Origin: Mobula hypostoma
Lineage: Eukaryota
Length of the DNA: 64,000 nt
Direction of reading: 5' to 3'
Assembly (NCBI RefSeq): GCF_963921235.1
Contig: NC_086124.1
Location: 24,118,001 to 24,182,000, forward strand
Within the stretch, counting starts at the first letter, position 1. Every line of letters starts with the position of its first letter. Positions 22,638-36,800 of this stretch are shown in pieces. Made by a program: the position numbers and the translations under genes. The notes below the pieces were generated by a model that was not told the DNA's origin, searched no databases, and worked only from the letters and a program-made list of their open reading frames with translations.

Positions 22638-25600
22638 TAGACAGTAGACAATAGGTGCAGAAGTAGACCATTCGGCCCTTCGAGCCTGCACCGCCATTCT
22701 GAGATCATGGCTGATCAGCTACGATCAATACCTGGTTCCTGCCTTGTCCCCATAACCCGTGATTCCCCTATCCATAAGGTACCTATCGAGCTCCTTCTTG
22801 AAAGCATCTAGAGAATTGGCCTCCACTGCCTTCTGAGGCAGCGCGTTCCACACCTCCACAACTCTCTGGGAGAAGAAGTCCCTCCTCAACTCTGTCCTAA
22901 ATGACCTACCCCTTGTTTTTAAACCATGCCCTCTGGTACTGGACTCTCCCAGCATCTGGAACATATTTCCTGCCTCTATCTTGTCCAATCCCTTAATAAT
23001 CTTATATGTCTCAATCAGATCCCCCCTCAATCTCCTTAATTCCAGCGTGTACAAGCCCAGTCTCTCTAACCTCTCTGCGTAAGACAGTCCGGACATCCCA
23101 GGAATTAACCTAGTGAACCTACGCTACACCTCCTCCACAGCCAGGATGTCCTTCCTTAACCCTGGAGACCAAAACTGCACACAATACTCCAGGTGTGGTC
23201 TCACCAGGGCCCTGTACAAATGCAAAAGAATTCCTTGCTTTTGTACTCAATTCCCTTTGTAATAAAGGCCAACATTCCATTAGCCTTCTTCACTGCCTGC
23301 TGCACTTGTTCATTCACCTTCAGAGACTGATGAACAAGTACTCCTAGATCTCTTTGTATTTCTCCCTTACCTAACTCCACACCGTTCAGATAATAATCTG
23401 CCTTCCTGTTCTTGCTCCCAAAGTGAATACCCTCACACTTATTCACATTAAATGCCATCTGCCAAGTTTCTGCCCATTCACCCAGCCTATCCAAGTCACC
23501 TTGAATTCTCCTAATATCCTCATCACATGTCACACTGCCACCCAGCTTAGTATCATCAGCAAATTTGCTGATGTTATTCACAATGCCTTCCTCTAAATCA
23601 TTGACGTAAATCGTAAACAGCTGTGGTCCCAATACCGAGCCCTATGGCAACCCACTAGTCATCACCTGCCATTCCGAGAAACACCCATTCACTGCTACCC
23701 TTTGCTTTCTATCTGCCAGCCAGTTTTCTATCCATGTCAATATCCTCCCCCCAATGCCATGAGCTCTGATTTTACCCACCAATCTCCTATGTGGTACCTT
23801 ATCAAATGCCTTCTGAAAGTCAAGGTACACCACATCCACTGGATCTCCCGCATCTATCTTCCTGGTTACATCCTTGAAAAACTCCAATAGATTAGTCAAG
23901 CATGATTTGCCCTTGGTAAATCCATGCTGGCTCGGCCCAATCCTATCACTGCTATCAAGATATGCTGCTATTTCATCTTTAATAATGGACTCTAGCATCT
24001 TCCCCACTACTGATGTTAAGCTAATAGTTCTCTGTTTTCTCCCTCCCTCCTTTCTTAAAAAGTGGGATAACATTAGCCATTCGCCAATCCTCAGGAACTG
24101 ATCCTGAATCTAAGGAACATTGGAAAATGATCACCAATGCTTCTGCAATTTCCAGAGTCAGCTCCTTTAGTACCCTAGGATGCAGACCATCTGGACCTGG
24201 GGATTTGTTAGCCTTCAGTCCCATCAGTCTACTCATCACCGTTTCCTTCCTAATGTCAATCTGTTTCAGTTCCTCTGTTACCCTATGTCCTTGGCCCATC
24301 CATACATCTGGGAGATTGCTTGTGTCTTCCCTAGTGAAGACAGATCCAAAGTACTTATTAAATTCGTCTGCCATTTCTCTGTTTCCCATAACAATTTCTT
24401 TCAATTCATTCTTCAAGGGCCCAACATTGTTCTTAACTATCTTCCTTCTCTTCACATAGCTAAAAAAAACTTTTGCTATCCCCCTTTATATTCCTAGCTA
24501 GCTTGCGTTCATACCTCATTTTTTCTCCCCGTATAGCCTTTTTAGTTAAGTTCTGTTGCTCCTTAAAAATTTCCCAATCATTCGTCTTCCCACTCATCTT
24601 AGCTCTGTTATACTTTTTTAATGCTATGCTATCTCTGACTTCCTTTGTCAACCACTGTGGCCACTTTCCCCCCTTTGAATCCTTCCTTCTCCAGGGGATG
24701 AACTGATTTTGCACCTTGTGCATTATTCCCAAGGATACCTGCCACAGCTGTTCCACTGTCTTTTCTGCTAGGATATCGGACCAGTCAACTTTGGCCGGCT
24801 CCTCCCTCATGGTTCCATAGTCTCCTTTGTTCATCTGCAATACTGACACTTCTGATCTGCCCTTATCCCTCTCAATTTGCAGATAAAAACTTATCATATT
24901 ATGGTCACTACCACCTAATGGCTCCTTTACTTCAAGATCACTTATCAAATCCTGTTCATTGCACAACACTAAATCCAGAATAGCCTTATCCCTGGTCGGC
25001 TCTCGTACAAGCTGCTCCAAAAATGCATCCCGTAGGCACTCTACAAACTCCCTATCCTGGGGTCCAGTTCCAACCTGATTTTCCCAGTTCACCTGCATGT
25101 TGAAATCCCCCATAACGACTGCGACATTTCCTTTGCCACATGCCATTGTTAACTCCCTATTCAACTTGCACCCAATATCCATGCTACTGTTTGGGGGCCT
25201 GTAGATAACACCTATTAGGGTCTTTTTGCCCTTACTGTTCCTCAGTTCTATCCACACTGACTATACTTCTCCTGATTCTATGTCCCCCCTTGCAAGGGAC
25301 TGAATCTCATTCCTCACCAACAGGGTCACCCCACCCCCTCTGCCCACATTTCTGTCCCTTCGATAGCACGTATACCCTTGTACATTCAATTCCCAGGTCT
25401 GATCTCCCTGTAGCCATATCTCCGTTATCCCAACAACATCATAGTTACCCATTTGCACCTGAGCTTCAAGCTCATCCACCTTATTTCTGACACTTCGCGT
25501 ATTCGGATATAGAATTTTTAACCCATTTCTCCTCTCTCTGTTTAAATCGCTACCTATCGTGCATAACCCAGCTCCCCGAACTCTCACCGGACTATACGCC

Positions 25601-25640
25601 CCTTGAATTTTGTTGTCCTCCTTAAATTTACTTACTCTTT
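22638..25640 (-). mobile_element. CR1 LINE with near-complete but broken ORF2 (APE endonuclease + RT)
   Basis: ORFs 25261-25587, 24460-25257, 24021-24455, 23642-24073, 23201-23632 and 22725-23096 give successive EN/RT motifs; (ctattgt)-type tail near 22640. Confidence 0.92.
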
Positions 25641-26499
25641 CTGCACATTTAACTCTATGGATGTTGCCGGGACTTGAGAAACTCAGTTACAGAGAAAGGT
25701 TGAATAGGTTAGGACTTTATTCCCTGGAATGTAGAAGAATGAGGGGAGATTTGATAGAGGTATATAAAATTATGATGGGTATAGATAGTGAATGCAAGCA
25801 GGCTTTTTCCACTGAGGCAAGGGGAGGAAAAAAACCAGAGGACATGGGTTAAGGGTGAGGGGGGAAAAGTTTAAAGGGAACATGGGGGGGTGTTTCTTCA
25901 CACACACAGTGGTGGGAGTATGGAATGAGCTGCCAGACAAGGTGGTAAATGCGGGTTCTTCTTTTAACATTTAAAAATAAATTGGACAGATACATGGATG
26001 GGAGGTGTATGGAGGGATATGGTCCGTGTGCAGGTCAGTGGGACTAGGCAGAAAATAGTTCGGCACAGCCAAAAAGGTTCTGTGCTGTAGTTTTTTCTAT
26101 GGTGTGCAGAAGATCATCTCTGAATGCTCAACACGTCAAAACTTAGAGTGGATGCGCTTTCGCAGCAGAAGATCATGAAGTTACAACAGTGGCCACTTTG
26201 TTAGACACAGTAGGTAAGTCCAGATGGAGTTGCTTTATTGGGTAATGGAACCAAGCAGGAAGTCTTCCACAGCACCGGTATCTTTTCCTGACTCAGTCTC
26301 AGATTGTAAAGGTGCGTCAAAATACCAGAGAGCAGGTACCCACCTGCTTCAGAGGAGTGACGGTAATACCAGTGGCCAAGAAGAGCAGGGTGATTTGACT
26401 CAACAACTAATGCCCAGTGGCACTTATATCTAATGTGTTGAGGTGTTTTGAGAGGTTAATGATGGCTAGAATCAATTCCTGCCTTAGCACCGATCTGGA

Positions 26500-27200
26500 C
26501 CTGCTGCAATTTACCTAATAAATGTACAGTGTTTGCAATATCACTGGCTCTCCACTTGGTCTTGGATCACCTGGACAATAGTAATACTTATCTCGGGCTG
26601 CTGTTTATTGACTACAGCTCAGCATTCAACACAATCATACCCTCGGTAGAAATCAACAAGCTCCAAACCCTGGGCCTCTGTATCTCCCTCTCCAGCTGGA
26701 TCCTTGACTTCCTCTCTGGGAGACCACAGTCTGTGCAGATTGAAAATTCCTCACTGACAATCAACACTGGCGCAACTCAAGAATGAGGGCTACTCCCTCT
26801 ACACTCACGATTGTGGGGCTAGGCACAGCTCAAACACCATCTATAAATTTGCCAACTATGACAGAACTATTGTTGGCAGAAATTCAGTTGTGACAGGGAG
26901 GCACAAAGGAGCGAAATAGGTCAGATGGGTGAGTGGTGTGGCAGCAACGACCTTGCAAGACGAAGGTTGGGGAAGTCAGGAGATGAGTTTTGTTGATGCT
27001 CCGCATGAAATAAAGGCGCTGTTGCGCCTTCTGATCAGGACGGAGGAGTTCAGGGACCAGGTGAGATCCTCAGAAATATGGACATCAAGGAATTTGAAGC
27101 TTGATACACGCTCCACTACAGCTCCGTTGATGTAGATGGGGACGTGAGCATGCCTGAAGTTCACAGTGATCTTGACTGGAGGGTGGTCACTGCACAAATC
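26500..27200. mobile_element. Rex/Babar-like RT fragments (+ at 26500-26945, - at 26960-27200)
   Basis: [15 protein letters not shown]...[13 protein letters not shown] on +; VERVSSFKFLDVHISEDLTW on -. Confidence 0.75.
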
Positions 27201-27599
27201 TTCCCGACCTTGCAGGGGTTTCACTCAAATATGCATGCCACAATTCCCGAATGAAGATTAAAAAGGTCGATCACTCCCAAGACGCTGAACAACAATAACT
27301 TTACCCAATCCTACGAACTCGGATAACTGTGGTAATGCCTTCACTCTCCGATACTGGACTGTCAGGGAAAAATAAACGTGCAACAAACAAAACTGGTGGT
27401 GTCTCCAAACATCCGACTGGCAACAACAACGTTGCACAAAAAATACAAAGGAGAACTGCGTCACAGTGGCGGGCTTTATTTAAATACCGTTTGGAACAGG
27501 CTATCATGTGACATAACATCACCCCACGGTCATGAGACAATTACATCGAGATAATGACATAATGTTCACAGATAATGACATCATGCTCACGAGATATGT

Positions 27600-28265
27600 A
27601 ACGAGGCATTTGCCAAGAAAGCTAAAAATAAGCCTGCTCGTGGTCTTATTGTTTCTCATATTTGTGAAATGATGGCAACATATGGAAAAGCTCACACAAT
27701 TGGTGATAGATTAATTAAGCCTGCTGTATTAGAAGTGCTCACCACTGTTCTCAAAATGATACCAGTTTTTTAAAATCAATTCCTCTGAGCAATAACACTG
27801 TGGCTCATCGTATTGATGAAATGAGTGAAGACATATCAACAAAAAAAATCAGAATATGAGATAGAACTGTGCGAAACAATGAGGCATTGCTGACAGTATA
27901 TACAGTATACGGTGTATCAAAAAGGGAGAAGTTTATGAAGAGACCCTCTTCTGTAAAAAGTTAAAAATATCAATGGAGAATCAATCTACGATTAGCTCAA
28001 AATGTATATTGAGGATAAAAGTATTCTGATTCGGAACATGATTTCTTCTCCCACAGACGGAGCACCATATATGATAGGTCGGCATGCAAGTTTTGGTGGC
28101 ATTAATGAAAAAAGAAATCCAAAGTCTGTTTAGATCACATTGAAATTGAAGCTGCTGTACTGTTTATGGGTACTGTGTAAGCTAGGTTGAAAGACAAAAA
28201 ATTGACAAGTATGGAAATGCTTTGGGAGGGGACAGTGTTGGACTAAGAACGGTTGGGAAACACTG
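27600..28265 (+). mobile_element. hAT Charlie/Buster transposase remnant
   Basis: Degenerate GKAHTIG..LIKPA and IPLSNNTVAHRIDEMSED; right TIR gggaaacactg at ~28255-28265. Confidence 0.65.
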
Positions 28266-28330
28266 ACCTGTACAAACGTCTGTCACCTGCCCTGTCTTAT
28301 TCTGCAATAGCAGATTAAGTATTGTGCAGT

Positions 28331-31300
28331 CAGGGCCGGATTAATCTCGTGCGGGGCTTGCAGCATATGTTATAAAGGGGCCCTAAATGTTAAAAATGCA
28401 CGTAAGTATTAAAACATAAATTATTTACTTGCATAGTAAAATAATTCAATTTTTTCATTTGCTATGCAGCCAGATAATACGACAAATGTCTGGCACTTCA
28501 GTAATAGTATTACTTACATGTTGGTATCAATTTCAAATGTCAAAAGTAACAAAACTACAATTTAAAAGTTAGATTTTCTAGAGTTAGCATGAGCAAATTT
28601 GTTGTTGATACTGGAAATGTCTGTTTCACGCAGAAGTTCATGTTCAATGCTCATTAGGGTGAGATTGATCAATCTGTTTTGACCCATGCTGCTCCTGAGT
28701 TCATTTTTAATCCTATTCACTTTTCATACGCGCGATTTTGCTTGTGTTTTCTTCAAGTTTGCTGTTGATGATCTTCACACTTGGTCAGATCCGTGGCTTT
28801 TTGCTCAATGTCTGAAAAAGTAGACCGCACAGCTTGAATATATCCATGCAAGGATTCATAGAGTGCACAAGCTGTGTTCAAATCTTGACCAGAAGATTGC
28901 AAAGAAGCACTGGTTATTTGAAAACACTGTGATACTTGATCCCACAATATGACCATTATTCCTGATTCCAACTTCATCACGGTTGAAAGTACCCCAGGAG
29001 CCTATTGTCAACACTCTGCCTTCTGATCATTGTTATTTGAAATGTCATCCAAGACTTGTTTTATTGCAGAAAAGCTGTGTAAAAGTGCTTTTGTTGCATC
29101 TGCACGAGCTCACCACCTGGTATCTGACATTCTTTTCACGATGGGCAAATGAGCACCACCATCAGATAATGCAGCAGAAAGGAGATCTCACTGAGAAGTA
29201 GAAACAGGAAAAAATGTGTACAGGCTTTCTACAAATTGAAAGTAAATTAATGCTTCTTGACAATATTCAGCAGCACATTTTCCAACCAAATTTAGTGAAT
29301 GTGCAAAACATGGAACGTAATCCGCAAACTCATTCAGCTCTTTAATTCTGCCACTATACTTGCCACTCATGTTGCTGGCATTGTCATAAGTTTGACTATG
29401 GCAGTCTTTAATATCAATGTCATTTTCCTTTAAAAAGTCAAGTAAACTTTGAGTGAGCTGTTCAGCACTATGACTATCCATATCCAAAAACTTCACAAAT
29501 CTTTCTACCGGTCCAGACGGCAAAACATAGCGCAAAGTCAATGTCAGCTGGTCCATATTTGATATATCTGGAGTAGAATCCAATGGAACTGAATAATACT
29601 TGTATTTCTTCACTTCACCGATAATGTGATCCAGAATACTGAATCCAATCAGACTGATGAATTCCTCACATGTTGTTTTAGAAAGGTATGATTTATGTCC
29701 CCTTCCTTGGTTTGCATGAGCATTTATATGCTCTGCCAGAAAAGGGTCAAACTTGGCCAGTAATTCTAACAACCCCAAGTAATTTCCATTATGAGGAGAA
29801 CCAATGAAATGAAAGGCTGCATTTTTCTAAAAACTTTACAACTTCAATTATTCGCTCTAGAAGTATGCGCCAATACTTTTGTTCAGTCTCCATTTCTTTC
29901 ACAAGGTGGGAATCGACACGCTTGGCTTTGTTTTTGTGCATCAACAGTGAAATTAAGGCTTGTCTATGTGAGGAATTTTCTTCATGTCGATGTAATAAAT
30001 TGCTTGCATTTTTCCAGTCATTAAACCCCTCTTCACTAAACTTTGATGAACATCCTGAAGTCATAACCTTGCATGGGAAACAGAATAGGCTTCCTTTGCT
30101 TTCTAAATAGCATAACCAATTTTTTGTATGTTTATGAACATAAGTAAAATAAGACTTCTGACAGTGCCGAGATTTCTTTTCATTGTCATACAATCGCATG
30201 GATGAAGCGAAGTCACTCTCAGCATGTTGGCATTCATCACTTCCCTTGGCTATTCAATACTCACGATCAGAATAATTTAGATTATATGGCCATTCACCAA
30301 TATCATTAGGGCATTCCATTCATCCCCCCCATCCCTCCCCACTGATCTCCCTCCTGGCATTTAGCCTTGTAAGCGGAACAAGTGCTACACATGCCCTTAC
30401 ACTTCCTTCCTCACTACCATTTTGGGCCCCAGACAATCCTTCCAGGTGAGGCGATACTTCACCTGTGAGTTGGCAGAGGTGATATATAGTGTCCAGTGCT
30501 CCCGATGTGGCCTTCTATATATTGGCGAGACCCAACGCAGACTGGGAGATCGTTTGGCTGAACACCTACACACTGTCTGCCAGAGTAAGCAGGATCTTCC
30601 AGTGGCCACACATTTTAATTCCACGTCCCATTCCCATTCTGATATGGCAATCCACGGCCGCCTCTACTGTAAAGATGAAGCCACACTCAGGTTGGAGGAA
30701 CAACACCTTATATTCCGTCTGGGTAGCCTCCAACCTGATGGCGTGAACATTGACTTCTCAAACTTCCGCTAATGCCCCACCTCCCGCTCATACCCCATCT
30801 GTTATTTATTTATTTATATACACACACTTCTTCTCTCTTTTTTTCGCCCTCTGTCCCTCTCACTATACCCCTTGCCCATCCTCTGTTTTTCCCCCACTCC
30901 CCCTTTTCTTTCTCCCTGGGCCTCCTGTCCCATGATCCTCTCATATCCCTTTTGCCAATCACCTGTCCAGCTCTTGGCTGCATCCCTCCCCCTCCTGTCA
31001 TCTGCTATCATTTCAGATCTCCCCCTCCCCCTCCCACTTTGAAATCTCTTACTAGCTCTTCTTTCAGTTAGGCTGACGAAGGGTCTTGGCCCAACACGTC
31101 AACTGTACCTCTTCTGAGAGATGCTGCCTGGCTTGCTGCGTTCACCAGCAACTTTTATGTGTGCTGCTCATTAGAGCACTCGTTCTCTTCACTTGTTCTT
31201 TCGCATTCAATGGATGCTGGCTGTTGCTGTATCATGCCTTCTGCCGCACTAGTACCAGTTGTTCCTAAATTTCCAGCATCAGCCGTTATAGCACCATCAC

Positions 31301-32166
31301 CATCTCCATGAACATCAAAATACTCTGTCAACTTAGCTGTTTTTGTTATCACAAGTTGGTCTCTTCTTTCTTTTTCTTCTTTTGCTTTACGTTTTGCACT
31401 TCCAGAAGCATGATAACATACAATATCTCTGGCTCTATTGCTCATTGCCATCTACATGAAGACAGCATTGCCAGATCGTCGTCATGTGGCGTGGATGAAA
31501 TCACAGAGAGTTGCATTACCAGTAGGTAAAAGGCCGTTTCTTTATTCGACAAAACTAGGTCACAGCAGGCAAAGACACCTGGCAGAACATGTCTAACCAT
31601 CTTGTGATTGAGGCTCGATATTTATTTGCTAAATACAAAGAACAGTTCATTGTTACAAGTATAGACAATTCTTTGAAGTTTACACATCTTTTGATTAAAT
31701 TCATTCTACCGGCACCAGCATGCCTAAGCTGGTATTCATGGCCTTTAGGAATGCAAGTTAAAATCCATAGTACATTATTTGGTATGTTACGTGCTACCAT
31801 AGAGGACAATTCATATTCAAAAAAAGCATAGATATGGTGTGTTTGCAACGAGCTGTAAACTTTGCATTCTTGTGCCAGAGATGCATTGTTACAAATGAAA
31901 CTGGGTTCACAGCTATTAGGAAATGCATTGTTCTCAACTCAGTCTACAGTACTCTGCAAAGAACAGAAGGCTGATGGCTGAAGTCATTTATTTAAGTGTA
32001 CATGAATCGTTTACCGAAAAATCTCTCTAACAGTCGTAAGAATACTGTGAGCTCAGATGCCAATTTCACCAGACTGCAGCTTGCAAGCATTTAGTGTGGG
32101 CAGGGCCCTCGAAAATGTGGGGCCCATAGAATATGCTACTTTTGCTAGTAGGTTAATCCAGCCCTG
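28331..32166 (-). mobile_element. hAT DNA transposon (TTF-type zinc finger / DUF4371 type), degenerate
   Basis: TIRs CAGGGCCGGATTAA / TTAATCCAGCCCTG; flanks tgtgcagt / tgcgcact (tgtgcact in the duplicate); WLCY..SKGSLFCFPC, DSTPDIS..DQL, YDNASNMSG and hATC remnants. Confidence 0.88.
30320..31165 (+). mobile_element. Penelope-like GIY-YIG 3' fragment inserted in the hAT
   Basis: ORF 30422-30772 VIYSVQCSRCGLLYIGETQRRLGDRLAEH...IFRLGSLQPDG; mutated hammerhead near 31070-31105. Confidence 0.9.
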
Positions 32167-32429
32167 TGCGCACTCTGTCGTTGGAAACTCTCCTAAACAA
32201 ATTTGACGAACTCTATCCCATCTCATCCTTTTACAGTATGGGAGTCCCAGTCAATATGTGCAAAGTTAAAACCATCTACATTATGTTTCTTGCAATAGCC
32301 TGTGATCTCTCTACAGATTTGTTCCTCTGCATCCCTCGGACTGTTGGGTGGTCTGTAATATTATTGTGGTCATACCTTTCTTATTTCTCAGTTCCACCCA
32401 TAACACCTCACTAGATGAGTTCTCTGGTG

Positions 32430-32733
32430 AAGCCAATCCGAGACCCGGCGAGTCGGCACCTGCCAGAGACTGCGCGCGCGCTCTCGTCATCCGGCCGCCC
32501 TCCACTGATTGGCTGCCGCGGCTTCCCGCCAGAGACACCCCCCCCGCCCCGCCCTCTCTCCGGCGCGTGACTCCGCCGGTGGCCGGGCCGCTCCCTCACT
32601 CTATTCGGCGTTGCCAGAAGTGGAGGAGTGAAGCTGGGGCTGGGACTAGGGCGGTACGGTGGGCGGGGAGAATGGCGGGGGTGTCGACGACTCCTGCCTC
32701 CAGCCGCTCTTTGCTTTTGGCTCAGTCGCAACC
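32430..32733 (+). promoter_or_regulatory. CpG-island promoter, copy 2
   Basis: gccaat, CGTCA 32485-32489, CTGATTGGCT from 32505 and GC boxes; paralogous to 12930-13229. Confidence 0.65.
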
Positions 32734-32809
32734 ATGGGTCGATATTGCACTGCCTGGGCGCTCCTCCTGCTCCTCGTCGCTCGTTTGGGGACTCACAGCT
32801 CGGCGGCCG
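32734..32809 (+). CDS. Signal-peptide exon, copy 2 (candidate exon 1 of the SRCR gene)
   Basis: gcaaccATGG; MGRYCTAWALLLLLVARLGTHSSAA+G; donor GTGAGT at 32810; phase matches the SRCR exons. Confidence 0.7.
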
Positions 32810-33815
32810 GTGAGTTGATTCCTGTCGCGGGGATCACTGCTGTTGCTGCAGATTGTAGGATCTTGCGGAGTTTGCATTGCTGGGGTCATCAACCTGGTCG
32901 GGGGTGAGCTATTACGGTTTGGATCTTGCTGGCCCCATACTATTTTGGGTCTTGTTGTTTAGGGGTTAAACTACTTGGTGAGACCACACTTGGAGTATTG
33001 TGTTCAGTTCTGGTCGCTTCATTACAGAGCCAAGTTTAATATCAGGATATTTAAATTGGGATGTGGAAGCTTTAGAGAGTATGCTGAGGAGGTTTACCAG
33101 GGTTAGAGAGCATGTCTTGTGAGTTGAGCATGCTCGGGATTTGCTCTTTGAAGCGAAGGAGCATGAGAGGTGACTTAACAAAGATGTACAAGATGAGAGG
33201 CATTGATAGGGTGGATAGTGGAAAGCTTTGTCCTAGGGTGGCAATAGCTAACATAAAGGGGCATAACTTTAAGTAGAGGAGGAATGTCAGAGGTAGTATA
33301 TTTAGGTGTGGAACCTGGCACTGCCAAGGTTGTCATGAAAGACATTTAGGAGACTCTTATAGGCACAGAGGTAACAGAATAATGGAGGCTTCTGTGTGAG
33401 GGAAGGGTTAGATTGATCAAAGGGTTGGCACAACAATATGGACCGAAGAGCTGGTACTGCAATCTACTGTTCTATGCACATGGTTGCTGGGATCTTGCTG
33501 TGGGCACGCAGGGATGGGGAGGGAGGAGTTGTGTAGTGGAATCTTGCTGTGCACTTGGGTGGGGGCTGTGCTATGGATTGAATGGGAATTTGTTTGATTG
33601 TGCCTTGCCCGTATTGCATGAACGCTTACCACGTGCAGACTGGATGGGGATTGTTGTAGTGTTACAGACTTGTACAACACACAACTGGACCCTTTTGCCC
33701 ACCATGTGTTTGCTGACGTTTTTGCCCATCTACGCTAATCCCACCCTTCTCCCCCCCCCACCCACAGACACACACATTAGGACCATATCCTGGTGTTAAA
33801 TGTACTTTGAATATA

Positions 33816-36800
33816 ATTACAAAATAGGCTGAAGGAACTAGAAAAAAAAACACTAATTGAATTTGGCACAGGATACATTAGAGGAAATTTTAAAAATTAG
33901 GAATGAAATGAATAGTTGGCTACGCAAGAAATTAGGAAAAATTTAATGTTTCTGAAACAGAGACATTATGAAAGTGGATCTAAGTCTATGAAAATACTGG
34001 CGTGGAAACAAAAAAAAATAGCAGAAAATACAATTCATAGAATTAGGGATCCAAGAACAAAAATTTAAAAAAAGCCAAGTGAAATTCAAGAAGCTTTTGA
34101 AGTGTTTTACAAAACTCTATATTCCAAAGTTCCAGGGAGAAGCACAATCCAAATTGACACCTTCCTGAATTCCCTGGAGTTACTCACTTTAAGCGAAGAA
34201 CAAAATAGAACGATGACTGCTGACAAAACTGAAGTTAGCAGGCTTAAATTAAGTAAGTCACCAGGATCAGATGGGTATACGGCAGAGTGGTAAAAAGAAT
34301 TTAAAAATGAGTTAATTCCTGTCTTACTCCCCACACTGAACTGGGCTCTAAAATAGGCACAAATGCCACCCAGCTGGAGGGAAATGATAATCTCAGCTAT
34401 ATCAAAAGAAGGCAAGGATAAAATGGAATGTGGGTCATTTAGACCAATATCCGTTCTGAATGTAGATCAGGGGTCAGCAACCTTTTTGCCTTTGTGGGCT
34501 GGATGGCGTATTAATGAGTGGACGGTGGGCCAGATAAATGACATAAAAAAAACTTGAAATATGGGAATTATCCATTTAAATACATCTAGTTATGTTTTGC
34601 CTCAAATTAGTGAATAACACATGCTAGAAAATCATTTGTGCTTAACCAAGGATGCCAATTAGTAATCAAAGAACTCAGTTTAGTTTTTCTGTCCCACCAT
34701 TGCTGGTGCCCCATCAGTTGTGATGCCAATTAGTTTCGACACATTAAGTTTAATTTCTGACATCATTTCCAGCAAAGCAAAAAATATCTGCCCCAGTAAC
34801 CGTGTCCTTCATAGGAATTAATTGAATAAACCCTTCAAAAATTTGAAAAGTTGAGGTCACTCCTCGCACAAACACTGCAAGTTGAGCAGTGTCTCTCAAG
34901 TCTGTACTCTCATCAAGCGCAATCGAAAAAAATGCAATTCGTTGCAGGCATCCCTTAAACAGCTTTTAACATCTGCTGACATTTCTTCAACTCGCCGTGT
35001 GATCGTTCTTGCTGACAGGCTGATAGATGCAAATAAAGATTTCTTTTCAGGACAAACAATATCCACCACTGCCCGCAAACATTCTTTGACAAACTCTTCA
35101 TTTGTAAAAGGCTTCATCTTTTCTGCAATAAGTTTTGAGACTTTGCAGCTGGCATGGGTATTTCCTTCGTTCTCACTGCTTTTTCAGCATTCAGCGTCTA
35201 CCTTCCTGCGTTTTGCCTTCATTGCCATTGGAATTTTCTTCTTTGATTTCATTTTGAAACGCGAGTTATTCAACAAGTATCGTAGCACATGTAAATATCT
35301 GGATATTTAGCGTGGATTTCTTGTTAAAACACAGTGACGTTGTTTCTGTTTACAATCTTGAATGATCCCATCTGAAAACCTGCGTGTGCATGGAGACTAT
35401 CTAATACATATTAATAAGGTAGTCTGCCTTCCCGTTATTCGTATATGCCAGTGTTTGGTTTGGAACAAAACGGAACCTGGGGCCAGTCATGTCCATCAGT
35501 GTGGTCGTGTGAAACATTCAGAATAAGGAAAAATCGCTCGTGGGCCGGATAAGCATAGTATCTCAATAGTTGCTCGCGGGCCGAATCTGTCCCGTGGGCC
35601 GTAGGTTGCCTACCCCGATGTAGATTATAGATTATTTACCTCCATCATGGCCAATCAATTAGAAGAGTTTCTACCCATACTGATACATAAGGATCAGACA
35701 GGTTTTTTGCAACAACGCTAAACGCAAGACAATGAATGAAGGACACTTCACATTATGGATCATATGCAAAGAATAAATTCGAAACCATAGTGATAAGCGT
35801 GGACGCTGAAAAGGCATTTGATTTGGTTAATTGGAATTTTCTGTACAGAGGTTTACATAGATTTAGTTTCCATTCTGCAATATTAAAACTATACAGGCAC
35901 TATATGACAATCCTACTGCTAGGATTAAAATTATTGGATATTTATCAAATAGTTTTATCCTAGAAAGGGGCACAGACAGGGTTGTGCATGGTCACTGCTA
36001 CCCTTTGCATTATATCTGAAACCATTAGCTCAATACATCAGACAAAATGATATCAGGGGAATTACTATTAAAGGGACAGAGCATAAATTGGCCTGTTAGC
36101 AGATGACATTTTGATCTATCTAGGGCAACCAACATGCTCTTTACCTAAATTGATGCAATCCTTTGAACAATATGGTCAATTATCAGGGTACAAGATCAAC
36201 ATAGATAAAACCCAATTACTTTTATATAACTATAGCCCACCAAGAGAAATTGAAAGTAGATATCCCTGGACATGGCAGACAAATTCTTTCAAATATTTGG
36301 GCATCATTATAAGATTTGGCAAAATTATCAGAATACAATTATCAGTTTATGTATAAAAATTAAGGAAGATATAACAAGATGGAACTTAATTCCTTATTTT
36401 TAGTCTCAGTTTAAGGATTGAATCTATTAAAATGAATATACTGCCCAGACTATTATATCTCTTTCTGACCCAACCAATAGAGATTAATCAAAATCAATTC
36501 AATGAATGGAATAAGATGTTATCAAGATATATATGGCAAGGTAAAAGGCCTAGAGTTCGTATCAAAACTTTGCAATTAGCCAAGGAAAAGGGGGGATGGG
36601 GCCTACCTTCTCTTAGAGATTATTATTTTGCCGCATAGTTGAGAGCCGTGATATGTTGGTGCAACCCATCATATGACGCTCAATGGAAAAACATTGAGGA
36701 GGGGTTACTTCCCATCCCCATGCAGGCAATTTTGGCTGATAGCAACCTACAAAGGTATACAAATACTATTGATAACCCATGGGTGAAATGGACTCTTAAA

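Larger units (their letters stand above)
14930..26105 (+). mobile_element. CR1 LINE (ORF2 RT to 3' end) split by two nested insertions
   Basis: Pieces 14930-15807, 22139-22637 and ~25655-26105 join into continuous CR1 RT (KSPGPD, NYRPV.L, QGSVLGPLLF|..FADDTK, RVQRRF|..MLPGLE). Confidence 0.9.
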
